Source: Octopus vulgaris
Taxonomy: Eukaryota
Assembly (NCBI GenBank): GCA_951406725.2
Contig: OX597835.1
Location: forward strand, 44,702,001 to 44,766,000
Length of the DNA: 64,000 nucleotides
Reading direction: 5' to 3'
Made by a program: the position numbers and the translations under genes. Position 1 is the first letter of the stretch. Each line of letters opens with the position of its first letter. Positions 28,091 through 41,455 of the stretch are shown one piece after another. The notes below the pieces were generated by a model that worked only from the letters and a program-made list of their open reading frames with translations, was not told where the DNA came from and did no database searches.

Positions 28091-29077
28091 ATGCAGGTAC
28101 ACACCCAGGGACACATACTTTTTAAAAATAAATTGTCTAAGCGTAGAAAACAAATGAATACTCACTCATCATGTATATATGCATGTATGCGTTTGTGTGT
28201 GTGCGTGTGTGTTTGTTTGTTTGTTTGTGTGTGTGTGTGCCTGCATGCACCTTTGTGTAGCCTGAATAAAAGGCGTATTGATACTTTTTTGTGTATTTTT
28301 TCATAATTTAACAAACACGAGAGGAAAATAATATACATACATACACAAGACCCACGCATGTTTACTTACACACACGCGCAAGCACACACACACATTCATA
28401 AATAAATGTGTATATACATAACACACATAGTATACCCTCACACACATAGTATAGCCTCACACACATATACTTATTGACAACCGCCCTATTATTCCAAAAT
28501 GTCCGAAGAGGACGACGCGTCAGAAACACGGTTATAAAAAATACATTAAATTTCCCATTTAGATTCCACAATCTTTTGCCGAAGAGGAAAACGGTTTTTT
28601 GTTTCCCATTCTGTTTTGGAAACAAAATTATTTGTTTAAAGAGGCAATTTCAGTTAATCAAAAACGTAAATTCCAACACACAAATAATATTGCTAAACTA
28701 ATTATTCGAGACAATTTGCTTTTTGTTTCCTTATTTCCGGCCACGCATGATGTATTTCCAAATATTATCTTGTCAATAAGCTTTCCATTTAAGAATTTTG
28801 ATATTGTTTTCAAATTGTTTTACGCATTTCTGTTTGTGTACGCAATAGATGTGGTTCAGATGCAATTTATAAGTACATTGTATTTTTCATCTGACTGTAT
28901 AAGTGGTCTTTAGTTATTTTATATAATTCAATATCGAGTTTTAAATTGAGAAGAAAATAGAAACACTCTGTTGACGGGTAATACAGGAAATGTTTATGGG
29001 AAAATAAACATCGGAACAACAAAATAACAAACGAAGCAACCCACAATGTTAATTAGATATCTAGCTGAAATAAATTG

Positions 29078-29181
<104 letters not shown>

Positions 29182-29299
29182 CACGCACACACAAACAAAC
29201 AAACAAACAAACAAACGCTAACACACACAGACAGACACTTGCACGCACGCACGAACAAAAGACGTGCATATATGCGTAAATATGTGTTTGTATATACCA

Positions 29300-29532
29300 A
29301 TTTCTCTACTACCCACAAGCGGCTAAACACAGAGAGGACAAACAAGGACAGACAAACGGATTAAGTCGATTACATCGACCCCAGTGCGTAACTGGTACTT
29401 TTATTTATCGACCCCGAGAGGATGAAGGCAAAGTCAACCTCGGCAGAATTTGAACTCAGAACGTAACGGCAGACGAAATACCGCTAAGCATTTCGCCCGG
29501 CGTGCTAACGGTTTAGCCAGCTCGCCGCCTTA
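29300..29532 (-). mobile_element. tRNA-derived SINE, family C
   Basis: Reverse complement of GGCGGCGAGCTGGC...GAGTTCAAATT...GGGGTCGATAAA...AGTACCAG. A 15-bp TSD TGTTTGTATATACCA is at 29285-29299 and 29533-29547. Confidence 0.92.
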
Positions 29533-29589
29533 TGTTTGTATATACCAGCCACGTTCTGGTAACTATCGAGAAACTTGCTCACCAGCGTA

Positions 29590-30180
29590 TTTGGTGAAGG
29601 CGAAACTCTGAAAAGCGGTGATGCTTTTCCCGTATGTGGATTCCACAGGAATAGGCGATGCTAAACTCAATAGGGTTGTAGAAGCCCGCATTGAAAAGGC
29701 CAGGATAGCTTTTGGAAGGAATTAGGGTCGACTTAGGAATGTTCGTAATATCTCAGTTCGATAAAAAAAAAGGGATGTGTGTAAGTCAGCTGTCCCAGAA
29801 TCATTTTTATGTGGAGCAGAGGACTGGCCATTTTATGCAGGGCACATCCGGTAGATGAACACCATTCATTTGAACTAATTTGGGCAAATATGTAAGTTTG
29901 AGTGGGATGAAAGAGTAAAGAATAGCACTACCATGGAAATGTGTGGAATATCCGGCATAGAAGCTTTCCTGATGTAGCCTGAGATGGGATGGTGTGGACA
30001 CATACTTCACATGAATAATGATCGAATAACAAAACAAATATTTTATAGCCGGCTTGTAACTTTACGACACAATATAGGCTGGCCACTTCTGTGGTATAAG
30101 TTTGAATTCAAAAATAACCTGAAATGCCTAAATATTAGGAAAGAAAACATTAAGAATCATATAAGAAACCTACAGACAAG
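29590..30180 (+). mobile_element. Decayed RTE-clade LINE fragment
   Basis: VEARIEKARIAFGR...FLCGAEDW...ISGIEAFLM*PEMGWCGHILHMNNDRITKQIFYSRL...GWPLLWYK is an RTE RT C-terminal region. Confidence 0.85.
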
Positions 30181-30682
30181 ATAGAGAAAGAGAGAGAGAG
30201 AGAGTGAGAGAGAGAGAGAGCGAGAGAGAGAGAGAGAGAGAGAGAGATCTTCTTCTAGTTTCGAAATTTCAGAATTTAAATGATAATTCGTCAAGTGCAG
30301 TTACGGGAAAATTGGAAAATAGAGCAACAGAACAATAATCTTCCTGTAATCCACCATTATCCCCTTTGTGATTTGTCGGTTAGATCACGTACTGGTTTAA
30401 AAGGTCATTCTCATACCCAAACTGCTTTTGGTGTTCCGAGGACTCCCACGAAGTGAATGGATTGTAAATATAGGTGAATATTAATAATAGGACTGTGAGT
30501 GCGTTGTTGAGTATCGATTTGACTGGATTTTGGTTTCTGACTTTTCGATGAACACTCATACAGTGTCTGCGTCGGGAGAGCTTGTCATACATACATACAT
30601 ACTTATATGTAAACACAAACAATCAGCCACACACTCACAGATACTCACACACACATGCGTGCGCGCACACACCTGCACACAA

Positions 30683-30717
<35 letters not shown>

Positions 30718-30785
30718 CAGGATAATGCTAATAATATAGCATGAACAGGATAAACTACCAATATTTTGCAGAAAAATGTGTCGGC

Positions 30786-30859
30786 GACCAGCCATGAGAC
30801 TCGAATTCACACCCCTGTGATTACGCGTCGCAGTGCTCTACTTTTAAGCTAAACTGCCC
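30786..30859 (-). pseudogene. tRNA-like sequence (most like tRNA-Thr, CGT), pseudogene or SINE head
   Basis: Minus strand GGGCAGTTTAGCTTAAAAGTAGAGCACTGCGACGCGTAATCACAGGGGTGTGAATTCGAGTCTCATGGCTGGTC. D-arm AGCT..GAGC and T-loop TTCGAGT are recognisable, but the stems are imperfect. Confidence 0.6.
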
Positions 30860-31050
30860 CAACAACACATTCTTCTGCAAATTTAGGATGTATAAATCTC
30901 GCTTTGTAAGACGATATCGTACGTTAAATTGACATTCCTGCGTTTGAGAATAAAATATTACTTCCTTAACTTTCAAGACATCTTACTGCTTCTAAAGCAA
31001 ACTTTGTTTACTTTCATCGTAATTTGAATTTAATATATATAAATACATAC

Positions 31051-31088
<38 letters not shown>

Positions 31089-32040
31089 CTATATATATAT
31101 ACACGTTATTATCATTATTTTCTCAGTCACCGGATTGTGTTCATGGCGGGGCACCACTTCGTTGGTTGATTCTCTGTTTTCAAACTGTTAAATTACGGGT
31201 GTTTAAGTAAAATATCATCGGTTTTCAAGCGGTATTGTGACATAAAACACGAAGAGAAGTCACATACACGCACGTTTACGTATATACACGCAAATATTAT
31301 TTTACTTGTTCTCAGACATGTCCTGCGGCCGCGTTCAGGTGTCGTTCTCTAATATTTTAATCTATGAAATCAACTTCACTAATTATTTCAGACTGGTACG
31401 TAAGCTCTGTATCTCTGCTTCGAGTAGTTTTATTAACGGGTAGCAAAATCGCCTTTGAGATATTCCGGTACATCAGTACAGGTGATCAAAAATCTAGTTA
31501 GTTCCATATTCCTTTCTGGTTCGCAACCTAAATTAAGTCATTGATATGAAATTGGAAATTTAAAATAAAATATTGCAAACCTTTAATAACGTTACGAGTT
31601 TTGAAATTATCAAGAATAAAAAATTGTGTAAATATCTGCATATTTCTGATTTAATATGTGATTGGATGTAGAGATATATCAGCTAACCCGGTTGAGTATT
31701 TCCTGTAGTTGCGTAATTAATCAATCAGAAATGAATTTTAAATTTGTGTGGAAGAATTGGTGTCTGCGATATTAAATACGAAATTAACAAAATCATTACA
31801 CACACATATGTATGTATATATGCATGCATATATAATTTTCTACTCTAGGCTCAAGGACGGAATTTTGGTGGGGAGGCGGCAGTCGATTAAATCGACCCCA
31901 GTACGCAGCTTGTACTTAATTTATGGACTCGGAAATGATGAAAGGCAAAGTTAAGCTTGAACTCGTACAGACAGACGAAATACTGTTAATCATTTCGCTC
32001 GGCGTGCCAAATTTTCCGCCTGCTCTCCACGTTAATACAT

Positions 32041-32100
<60 letters not shown>

Positions 32101-32154
32101 GTTTCCTATATATATATATATGCTTCTTTCATATATATATATATATATATATGC

Positions 32155-32291
32155 TTCTTTCTGTGTTCCTTTCTGTGGAATAGCGTAGGCACGAAACGTT
32201 AAAGACTTTTTCCTGCTCAAGTGTTATAAAAATACATCTGTTTATCATCTACACCACCTGTCTTCGTCTTTCATTTTTTTGTGTGAATTCT

Positions 32292-32295
<4 letters not shown>
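32155..32295 (+). mobile_element. Short Penelope-like terminal fragment between (TA)n tracts
   Basis: Degenerate CTGTGGAATAGCGTAGGCACGAAACGTTA motif. Its 3' part (TCTACACCACCTGTCTTCGTCTTT) recurs inverted at ~4090-4113. Confidence 0.5.
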
Positions 32296-32333
<38 letters not shown>

Positions 32334-32679
32334 AAAAGGATGAAATGTCCTTCTTGTGCAACGCAGTCATAACGCCGGATTCCAGGAATCTGTGGCAAGT
32401 ATATTTCCTCACTAGCCGCGACGCCGCTCCTTCGTAGGATTTCTCAATTCTCCGAGTTGAATTGAGCAATGTGAAAAGAATTGTTTTCGTTCTAAACAAA
32501 ACACATCGCTCGTTGTAGGAATCGAAACCGCAATCTTATGATCATGAGTACAATGCCTACACATACACTCAGCCATACATATATCTCTATCACTCTCTCT
32601 TTCCCTCACTTTCTCTCTCGCTCTTTCTCTCTGTCAATCTTTTTATATATATATACATGCATACATAAATACACACACA

Positions 32680-32723
<44 letters not shown>

Positions 32724-32806
32724 TTTAAGCCACAGTATATGGATTTAGATAATCCGGTAATACTCATAAATAAAGATCCTTAATTCATCATTCTACAAGG
32801 CATATA

Positions 32807-33019
32807 CAGTAATCCCTCGCCATCTCGCGCTTCACCTACCGCAGTTCGCATATCGCAGTTCACATATCGCGGTTCACATATCGCGGTTTATTACTTAAGC
32901 TTACGTCGATTCCTCCGGGGTGTATATATATACAGTACACTACTGTTTTTACTTCGCGGATTTTTACCTATCGCGACGGTTTTTGGAACGTAACAGCCTC
33001 AGTAATTGAGTAATTACTG
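32807..33019. mobile_element. pogo/Tigger-type MITE
   Basis: TA|CAGTAATCCCTCG ... TGAGTAATTACTG|TA imperfect TIRs with TA flanks. Internal repeats of TATCGCGGTTCACA. Confidence 0.75.
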
Positions 33020-33214
33020 TACAAGATATAATACGATACAGCAGAAAACGATAAGGAGTGTATAAAGAGATAAATGACAAATAGTTTGATGAAATATTGG
33101 AAAAGAACAGCTACCATGTTACAGTAGGCTACAGGGAGCGAACGCACGACGCATGCAAGACTCTAGGAGTTACAACAAAACCTCAGATGAAAAGAATACA
33201 ACTAAAAATAATGA

Positions 33215-33420
33215 TTTCAAATTTTGGCACAAGGCCAGCAAGTCCAGGGCGGCGATAAATCGATTATATCGACCCCAGTACACAATTGGTACTTATTTTA
33301 TCGACCCTGAAATGCTAAATGTTAAAAATTAAAGTTGACCTCTGCAGCATTTGAACACAGAACGTAAAGACGCACGAAATGGCACAAAACATTTTGACCG
33401 GTGTGCTATTGATTCTGCCT
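33215..33420 (-). mobile_element. Diverged SINE family C
   Basis: ATCGACCCCAGTACACAATTGGTACTTATTTTATCGACCC...TTGAACACAGAACGTAAAGACG matches family C on the minus strand. Confidence 0.7.
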
Positions 33421-33446
33421 TAATAATAATAATAACAATAATAATA

Positions 33447-34004
33447 AATGCCCTGATGCAGTACCAGGCAGAGGCTCTCATGGCTTCTGATCTTAACTGA
33501 TTGGAAGTGTTATCATGTACATTGTTTTGTCTTGGTATAAAAGATGGGCTAACAGCAAATATTCTGCTCAATACCACAGATTTGCTTGCCAGTTGTTTGA
33601 CCTTAACCAGTTGAGCATGTCCCTTAGTGGCTGACGATATGTGCATCTCTGATCACGAGCAGAAGTAGTGGGGGAGCATCATAGCCATGTGTTGAGAGGG
33701 ATTCTTTGGGGTTTGAATAATTCACCTCTGGAAACATGGCTGGTTCTTTCAACATCCTTAAACAACCCTTATTCAGGGACCGTTTGAGCGGAATGGGCTA
33801 CTCAACCTGAAGAAAATTCTAACTGGGCCCCACCTGCAAGGTCATGTGCTGTTTATCTCGATATGAGATCACCATGTCGCGCACATATGGTTGTGATGCA
33901 TGTGCCTGGTGTACCCTTATCAGACGGGTAGTCATGATGAGTATACTGGACTTCGTATATTTTACTCCAGTGTCACTTTGATGGCATGAACTGCTCTCTC
34001 ACTC
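33447..34004 (+). mobile_element. (TAA)n-associated retroelement 3' region, family D, copy 1
   Basis: Unique-complexity sequence that is duplicated at 34090-34542, is preceded by (AAT)n and ends ...CTCTCACTC(AAT)n. Confidence 0.75.
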
Positions 34005-34075
<71 letters not shown>

Positions 34076-34089
34076 CAGCAACAATAAAA

Positions 34090-34542
34090 CTACAGCAAAT
34101 ATTCTGCTCAATACCACAGATTTGCTTGTCAGTTGTTTGACCTTAACCAGTTGAGCATCTCCCCTAGTGCCTGACGATATGTACGTCTCTGATTACGAGT
34201 AGAAGTAGTGGGGGAGCATCATTAGCCGTGTGTTGAGAGGGATTCTTTGGGATTTGAATAATTCACCTCTGGAAACATTGGTATTTCGTTCAACATCCTT
34301 AAACAACCCTTATTCAGGGACCTTAGGAGCGGGATGGGCTACTCGACAAGAATAAAATTCTAACCGGGCCCCACCTGCAAGGTCATGCGTTAATCTTGAT
34401 AAGAGATCACCATGTCGCGCACATATTGTTGTGATGCATGTGCCTAGTGTACCCTTATCAGTCGGGTAGTCATGATGGGTATACTGGGCTTTGTATATGT
34501 TACCCCAGTGTCACTTTGATGGCATCCACTGCTTTCTCACTC
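34090..34542 (+). mobile_element. Family D, copy 2 (more 5'-truncated)
   Basis: Aligns to ~33550-34004 with many substitutions and has the same 3' end into (AAT)n. Confidence 0.75.
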
Positions 34543-35063
34543 AATAATAAAAATAATAATAATAATAATAATAATAATGATGATCGTGTGTATCGTTATT
34601 TTATTTTATCGGAACGGAGTGGTGGGTTACTGAGAGAAACCCGTTGGGATTTGAACTTAGAAGGTAAGTGGTCGCAACAAACAGCGCTCAAGAAATGTTT
34701 CCGTAACGATCCCGTTTCTCCACTAATGGATGAGATGCATGGAAAAATAGATCTTTCGATTATATCGACCCCAGTTGTTGTTTGGTAACACTCGATCCTG
34801 AAAAAAATAATTGGTAAAGGTGAATTTGGATTGGAATAATGAATTGACGAATCAGAAGACGAAAAGGAAAATAGAAATATATAAAGAGTATCAGAATGTA
34901 CGGAAGAAGTGAAGTAAAAAGATGAAATTGGTTTTTAAACTGTAGGTTACAACTGAAAAAAGGTGTCTATTGTTAGCCTTTCGCTGTTTGACATCTTCAA
35001 TAGAAATGTTTGTTATCGGTGAATACTTACTAATGTCAGAATATATGGAATTATTGCTAGTTA

Positions 35064-35116
<53 letters not shown>

Positions 35117-35219
35117 AGAGAGAGAGAGAGAGAGAGATATGCATATATATGTCGTGAGAGAACGGTGTAAACAACTTATAAATTAATATAACAAACGTAA
35201 CTGAGAAATATATATACAC

Positions 35220-35269
<50 letters not shown>

Positions 35270-35280
35270 AAATATATATG

Positions 35281-35319
<39 letters not shown>

Positions 35320-35501
35320 TATATGAATATACATATATATATATACATACATACATACATACATACATACATACAAACATACATACATACATACATACAT
35401 ACATACATACAAACATACATACATACATGCGAATCTGTCAGAAGCAAATGATATTAAAAGTGAGAGATGACAAAGTATGGTGTCTGACTTGGCAGATAAT
35501 A

Positions 35502-35598
<97 letters not shown>

Positions 35599-35628
35599 TA
35601 TTATTATTATTATTATTATAATTATTAA

Positions 35629-35659
<31 letters not shown>

Positions 35660-36314
35660 GCAACAACGACGACGATGACGATGATGATGGTGGTCATGAT
35701 GTTGATGGTGACAATGTAGATGATGATGATCATGGCAATAATGTTAATGATGTTGATTTATTTTAGGTGATTGCTATTATATTTCAATTCTTAATATATT
35801 CGACTTATAACTAATTATATCTAAAGACACGGAACGTGTTGAAAGAAAAAAAGCCGTAATCTTATCATCACTCTTTTCATGTGGAGACACTTAACAATAG
35901 ACTGCAGTCTATTTACACTTCTGTAGATGTAAAGTAACACAATATAAAATAAAATGAAAGCTGAAGATATATACCTCAATTATGGGAAGATTGTTTACAT
36001 AAATGTTTTAATATTATCAACATCAAGAGTATAGAAGTATTGATGAGACAATTCACGAGGCAGCATAGAGAAAATACAGACGATCATACACAAGACGAAA
36101 CATTAAAATATATTTATTATAAGTGGCTATTGTCTTGCGGTACCCTGCGAACATAGCTTATAGCATAGCCTTGTGATAAACAATGCCTCGTGAACGAAAG
36201 CTGGGGCGGGGTTACATCTTTGAAGACCGTCGGCTATAACTAACGCTCTATCTCTGTCTCTCTGTTCAATATATTTCATGATTTCGAGTAGGTATACTCT
36301 TTTACCATTTTAGT

Positions 36315-36437
36315 CTTTTACTTGTTTCAGTCATTTGACTGCGGTCATGCTGGAGCACCGCCTTCTAGTCGAGTAAATCGACCCCAGGACTTATTCTTTG
36401 TAAGGACTTATTCTTTGTAAGGACTTATTCTTTTAAG
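36315..36437 (-). mobile_element. 5'-truncated SINE family B with a 17-bp triplication at the truncation point
   Basis: AGGACTTATTCTTTGTA occurs three times at 36386-36436 (third copy has one substitution). Confidence 0.85.
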
Positions 36438-36720
36438 CTTGAGAATAATGTGTTAGGCAAGTACAGACAGTAATGCCAAATTAATAGTAGCACAAGTGAT
36501 AGGGAGTAACGTAATATGATTTATTAGCTTACAGCTGTTTCTCTATACGAAGAAGTACAATAGTATATGCATATATGTAAGTATATAAATTTCACGGCAC
36601 AAAAAATGTAAGTGCATGCACGAAGACGACTGTCATTTCGGTCACTAGTGTATTAACATTTATATGTATAAATATACATACGTAATTATCTATCTATATA
36701 TGTATATATATGTATGCATC

Positions 36721-36763
<43 letters not shown>

Positions 36764-36784
36764 GTATATATGAAATATATATAA

Positions 36785-36888
<104 letters not shown>

Positions 36889-36903
36889 CTTCTTTTATTG
36901 TGT

Positions 36904-37097
36904 TACTTGTTTCAGTCATTTGAATGCCGCCATGCTGGAGCATCCGTTTTCGTCGAACAAATCGACCCCAGGATATATACTTTGTGATCCTAGTACTTAT
37001 CTTATCGGTCGCTTTTGCAGAACTGCTAAGTTACGGAGACGTAAACACACCAGCATCGGTTGTCAAGCGATGTTGGAGGGACAAGCACAGAACACAA

Positions 37098-37128
<31 letters not shown>

Positions 37129-37290
37129 CACATATATACGACGGGCTTCTTTCAGTTTCCGTCTAATAAACCCACTCACAGGGTTTGGCTATAGTAGAAG
37201 ACACTTGCCCGAAGTGCGACTAAGCGGGACTGAACAAGGAACCATGGTTTTGGTAAGCAAGCTACTTTACCACACAGCCACTCCTGCGCC
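36904..37290 (-). mobile_element. SINE family B, diverged
   Basis: Homologous to 27391-27787. Confidence 0.88.
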
Positions 37291-37307
37291 TATATGTATG
37301 TATGTAT

Positions 37308-37339
<32 letters not shown>

Positions 37340-37458
37340 GTATATATGTATATATGCATGTATATATATATGTACATATTATAAATAATATATATATATA
37401 TATATATATAATTGCATATAAACTTGCATATATGTACTTACTCACATCGATACGTATT

Positions 37459-37496
<38 letters not shown>

Positions 37497-37504
37497 CATA
37501 CATA

Positions 37505-37897
37505 GGCGCAGGAGTGGCTGTGTGGTAAGTAGCTTGCTAACCAACCACATGGTTCCGGGTCAGTCCCACTGCGTGGCATCTTGGCCAAGTGTCTTCTGCT
37601 ATAGCCCCGGGCCGACCAATGCCTTGTGAGTGGATTTGGTAGACGGAAACTGAAAGAAGCCTGTCGTATATATGTATATATATATATGTGTGTGTGTGTG
37701 TATATGTTTGTGCGTCTGTGTTTGTCCCCCTAGCTGGTGTGTTTACGTCCCCGTCACTGAGCGGTATGTCAAAAGAGACCGATAGAATAAGTACTGGGCT
37801 TACCAAGAATAAGTCCCGGGGTCGATTTGCTCGACTAAAGGCGGTGTTCCAGCATGGCCGCAGTCAAATGACTGAAACAAGTAAAAGAGTAAAAGAG
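37505..37897 (+). mobile_element. SINE family B
   Basis: GGCGCAGGAGTGGCTGTGTGG head through to the GTAAAAGAGTAAAAGAG tail. Confidence 0.93.
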
Positions 37898-39505
37898 TAT
37901 ACATGCACGAGTAAAAGAGTATACATGCACACATAACGAAGGCGGCCAGAAGCAATATAAAACCAAGAAGGAAGAATTCAGTTGTCCCTGAGTCTGACTG
38001 ACGGTGCAGGGTGACACCAGTCAGAATCTTTACTCATGCTTCTATCCGGCCAAAAGGGATTTTACCTCTAGCAATATAAAAAGGGTTACTCTGCACTGTC
38101 ACTCACAATTAGTAAATATATATATGTGTATGCCTGTCTCCGTGAGTGCGTGTATGCGTGTGTGTGTGTGCGTGAGTGTGTCTGTGTCTGTGTCTCTGTG
38201 ATTAATTATGTACAGAGTACAAGTATTTTAAATTTCACTCGTTGATCCTCAACGAGATGAGCGAGCAAAAAAGATTGATCCGTTATGAACCTCATCTTAA
38301 ATGTTAAATCATTTTTCATAATCTTATTGATTTGTCCACCGATAAATGACGCAGCGGTGAACCTCGCTCGATTTGTGTTCTTACTTATTGAGGTAATTAT
38401 AAAATATGGGTGAGCAGAAACAGAAAAATCAACAAGAATTACTCAAAATTACTGGAGACTCCTTTTGATATTGAAGATTTGATGTTTTGGAGCAACAGCA
38501 GAGTTAAAATTATGCATTGAGAATCAATGAAGAAATTAATAAATAGTCATTGGCAGTGGAGGTGAGGGCGTGCTGTCACATTCTCAAAACTGTTGAAGTT
38601 TTTGGCGAATATAATATAAACATAACGATCAACTTATATAATTTTGAACAAAACAGAGCGTGATGTCAGAAATGAAAATAATTATTAAAAGCTCCGCTTC
38701 TGCCAACAGTGATGGGCAAAAAACAAAAAAAATAATATCAGTGTTTGGAAACATAGATGGGTTAATGCCAAACTAAAAAGGGCATAAATTAAAAGATAAG
38801 ATAATTTGTTTCATTTGAACTGTTGTCGAGCCAGAAAAGGGAAAGGCATAAATGTGTTTTGGAAAATTTTCACGCAACGTAAAATATACTTCGATATATG
38901 GACTCAGTTGGAATAACGTCAAAAAGTAAAACAAAATAATAAGGTAACGCCAAAAAATAAACAGGAAAGAGATATAGAATTATGTCCGAAAGAAAGAGAT
39001 ATACAAATATATGAAATGTTAAGTAAGTTCCATAAATACAGGGTAGAACTTGAGTAAGAGATGTGAGAAAATATGGAAAAGTAAATTAATAGTGATATAT
39101 GGTGGAGGAGGGTAAAGGCGGTTATGTGTGCCTCTTATATATTTTAAACACACCCAAACACACACATGTGCACATGTCCCTACAAGTAGGAATGGCTGGG
39201 TTAGTGTCCTACGATTGCGATATTGCCGATTCATTTCCCAGACTGGGTGGGTCGTTGGGTTCTTGAGCAAAACAGTTCATATCAGGATGCACTGCGTTCA
39301 CTTCGAAACCTGACGCGTGGCACACCGTGGACCTGTTCAAATACGATTTCGATTTGATGGAAAGAGTGAGCTATGTATGGCACATACATTTAATAACTAT
39401 AAACAAAACATTTGTGCGATTCGTTCGGCAAAAACTGAACGCTCATAAGTTTTCTTTCACAGGGGACTTCATCATAAAATACACACACACACAGATGTGT
39501 GTATG

Positions 39506-39548
<43 letters not shown>

Positions 39549-39593
39549 CTGTATATATATATATATAGATATATATTTATATATATACATGTA

Positions 39594-39635
<42 letters not shown>

Positions 39636-40157
39636 CACGTATAAATATATATACATATGTATATACACACGTATAAATATATATATATATATATAAATAA
39701 AAATACACACACATATATAAATGTATTTTTGTGTGTATGTAGGCTTCCACGTTGAGTCTGAGGCAGTGTGAGAGAATGGATGGAGGCATAACGTCGCCAT
39801 CGCTAGTGATCACTTCAAAAACCTAGATGTTGACAGAATGTTTGATATTTATCATTCTTATTACGTCTTCAGTTTGACATCCAACAAGCAATATAGGATG
39901 TTGCTTCCAAATTTCTGGTAGAGTGAGTTGCGTCATGATGCTGTCTTCCTCGCGGACGATGCCCAACTGACCCTACTGTAATGTGTAGTCGACATAATCA
40001 AAGGCAAATAATGCATATCCGCGAAATGAAAACTATACAACTATACACTGACGACAACTTACCCATCGCACCCTGCATATATACATAAATATATATATGT
40101 ATATATATGTATATATATATATATGTATGTATATATATATATATATTTATATACATA

Positions 40158-40189
<32 letters not shown>

Positions 40190-40195
40190 AATATT

Positions 40196-40305
<110 letters not shown>

Positions 40306-40334
40306 GCACACATGTATACATACATGAGTGTATA

Positions 40335-41030
40335 TATAAGTTCCACTCTGACCAAGTTACTCTCAGGGAATATGGCCAAATTAGCTTTATTTTTCAACAT
40401 TGTCTCCCCTTGCAGTCTATGCAATTCTTCCATCAGTGTTACAGTACATCAGTACATGGATACCATTGGTGCAGAAATTTTCACCCCGTTTCTGAAAAGA
40501 TTCAACAGCTTATTTAGCATCATCATCACAGCGATTCTGTCTCCCAGCCAAGCGTTTTTTTCATGTTACCTTACCTCCATTATCCTGGGTGTTTGTTCTT
40601 GATAGTCTTTCGTAAGTGTCTCAGCAAAGTGGCATAATTCTTTCCATTGTTAGCGTGATCGTTTTCAAGATAGTCAATAAACATAATACCTTTTGCATGG
40701 AAAAAGACAGAGTCTAATGCCTTCCTTGTAAAACAAAAGGCTTTGGCCTTCTTTGGAGCATGTTAGGAAGGGCTTTTCCACTGCATAAATTCCCCTTTTG
40801 TCTCTGACTCAAAGTGATGAACTCAGCACACATCCTGGGTTACAAAACATTCAAGCAAACCAGCTGCATCTGCTTCAAACAATGTCCTATTTTGCCCTGA
40901 TATGATCAGCCTGGTCAGCTTTGATCAAAATTCTGACGACGTAATACTCATCGGGCAGGAACGTTCGTCATATCAAGTTCATTGAGCAGAATATTCTCAA
41001 CTCTCTCATAAGATATGCTTCTATGAAGAC
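40335..41030 (-). mobile_element. Decayed mariner transposase relic
   Basis: Minus-strand translation FVTQDVC*VHHFESETKGEFMQWKSPS*HAPKKAK...[43 protein letters not shown] matches the mariner TGDETWV..Y.PE.K.QS.QW...PKK.K...VFWD.KG....YL motifs. Confidence 0.85.
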
Positions 41031-41158
41031 TAGTCTTAAAATAGATAAGTAAATAAGACAGAAGATTGAAACTATGTGTCTGCGGCACACGGCATGTAAA
41101 GTCAGACAGCACAAACCACGTATACTATTTTATTTCTACATTCTACTTTCAAGAGATA

Positions 41159-41455
41159 TCGTATTTGATAGCCTTTAAGACGCACCTTTTTCTTTTTAAA
41201 CTCAAAATGGCTTAAAACCCCCATTGCGTCCATTGCGCTCCATGCAGGCTCAAAACTCGCGACTGTTGGCCGAAAGTTTACATCAGAGGTCACGTAGATG
41301 TAGCCTAGTAGCCTAGCCTACGGTAATAACATAAAGCTATACATGTAATTGGAGGAATTCAAACATTATTTTAGTGGTAATTTATTTTACAAAAGTATAG
41401 ATTCGGCTAGGGTGCGTCCTATGCACCCGTGCGTTTTATAGGCCATCAAATACGG
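41159..41455. mobile_element. Tc1/pogo-type MITE with 27-bp TIRs
   Basis: TA|TCGTATTTGATAGCCTTTAAGACGCAC ... GTGCGTTTTATAGGCCATCAAATACGG|TA. Confidence 0.85.
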
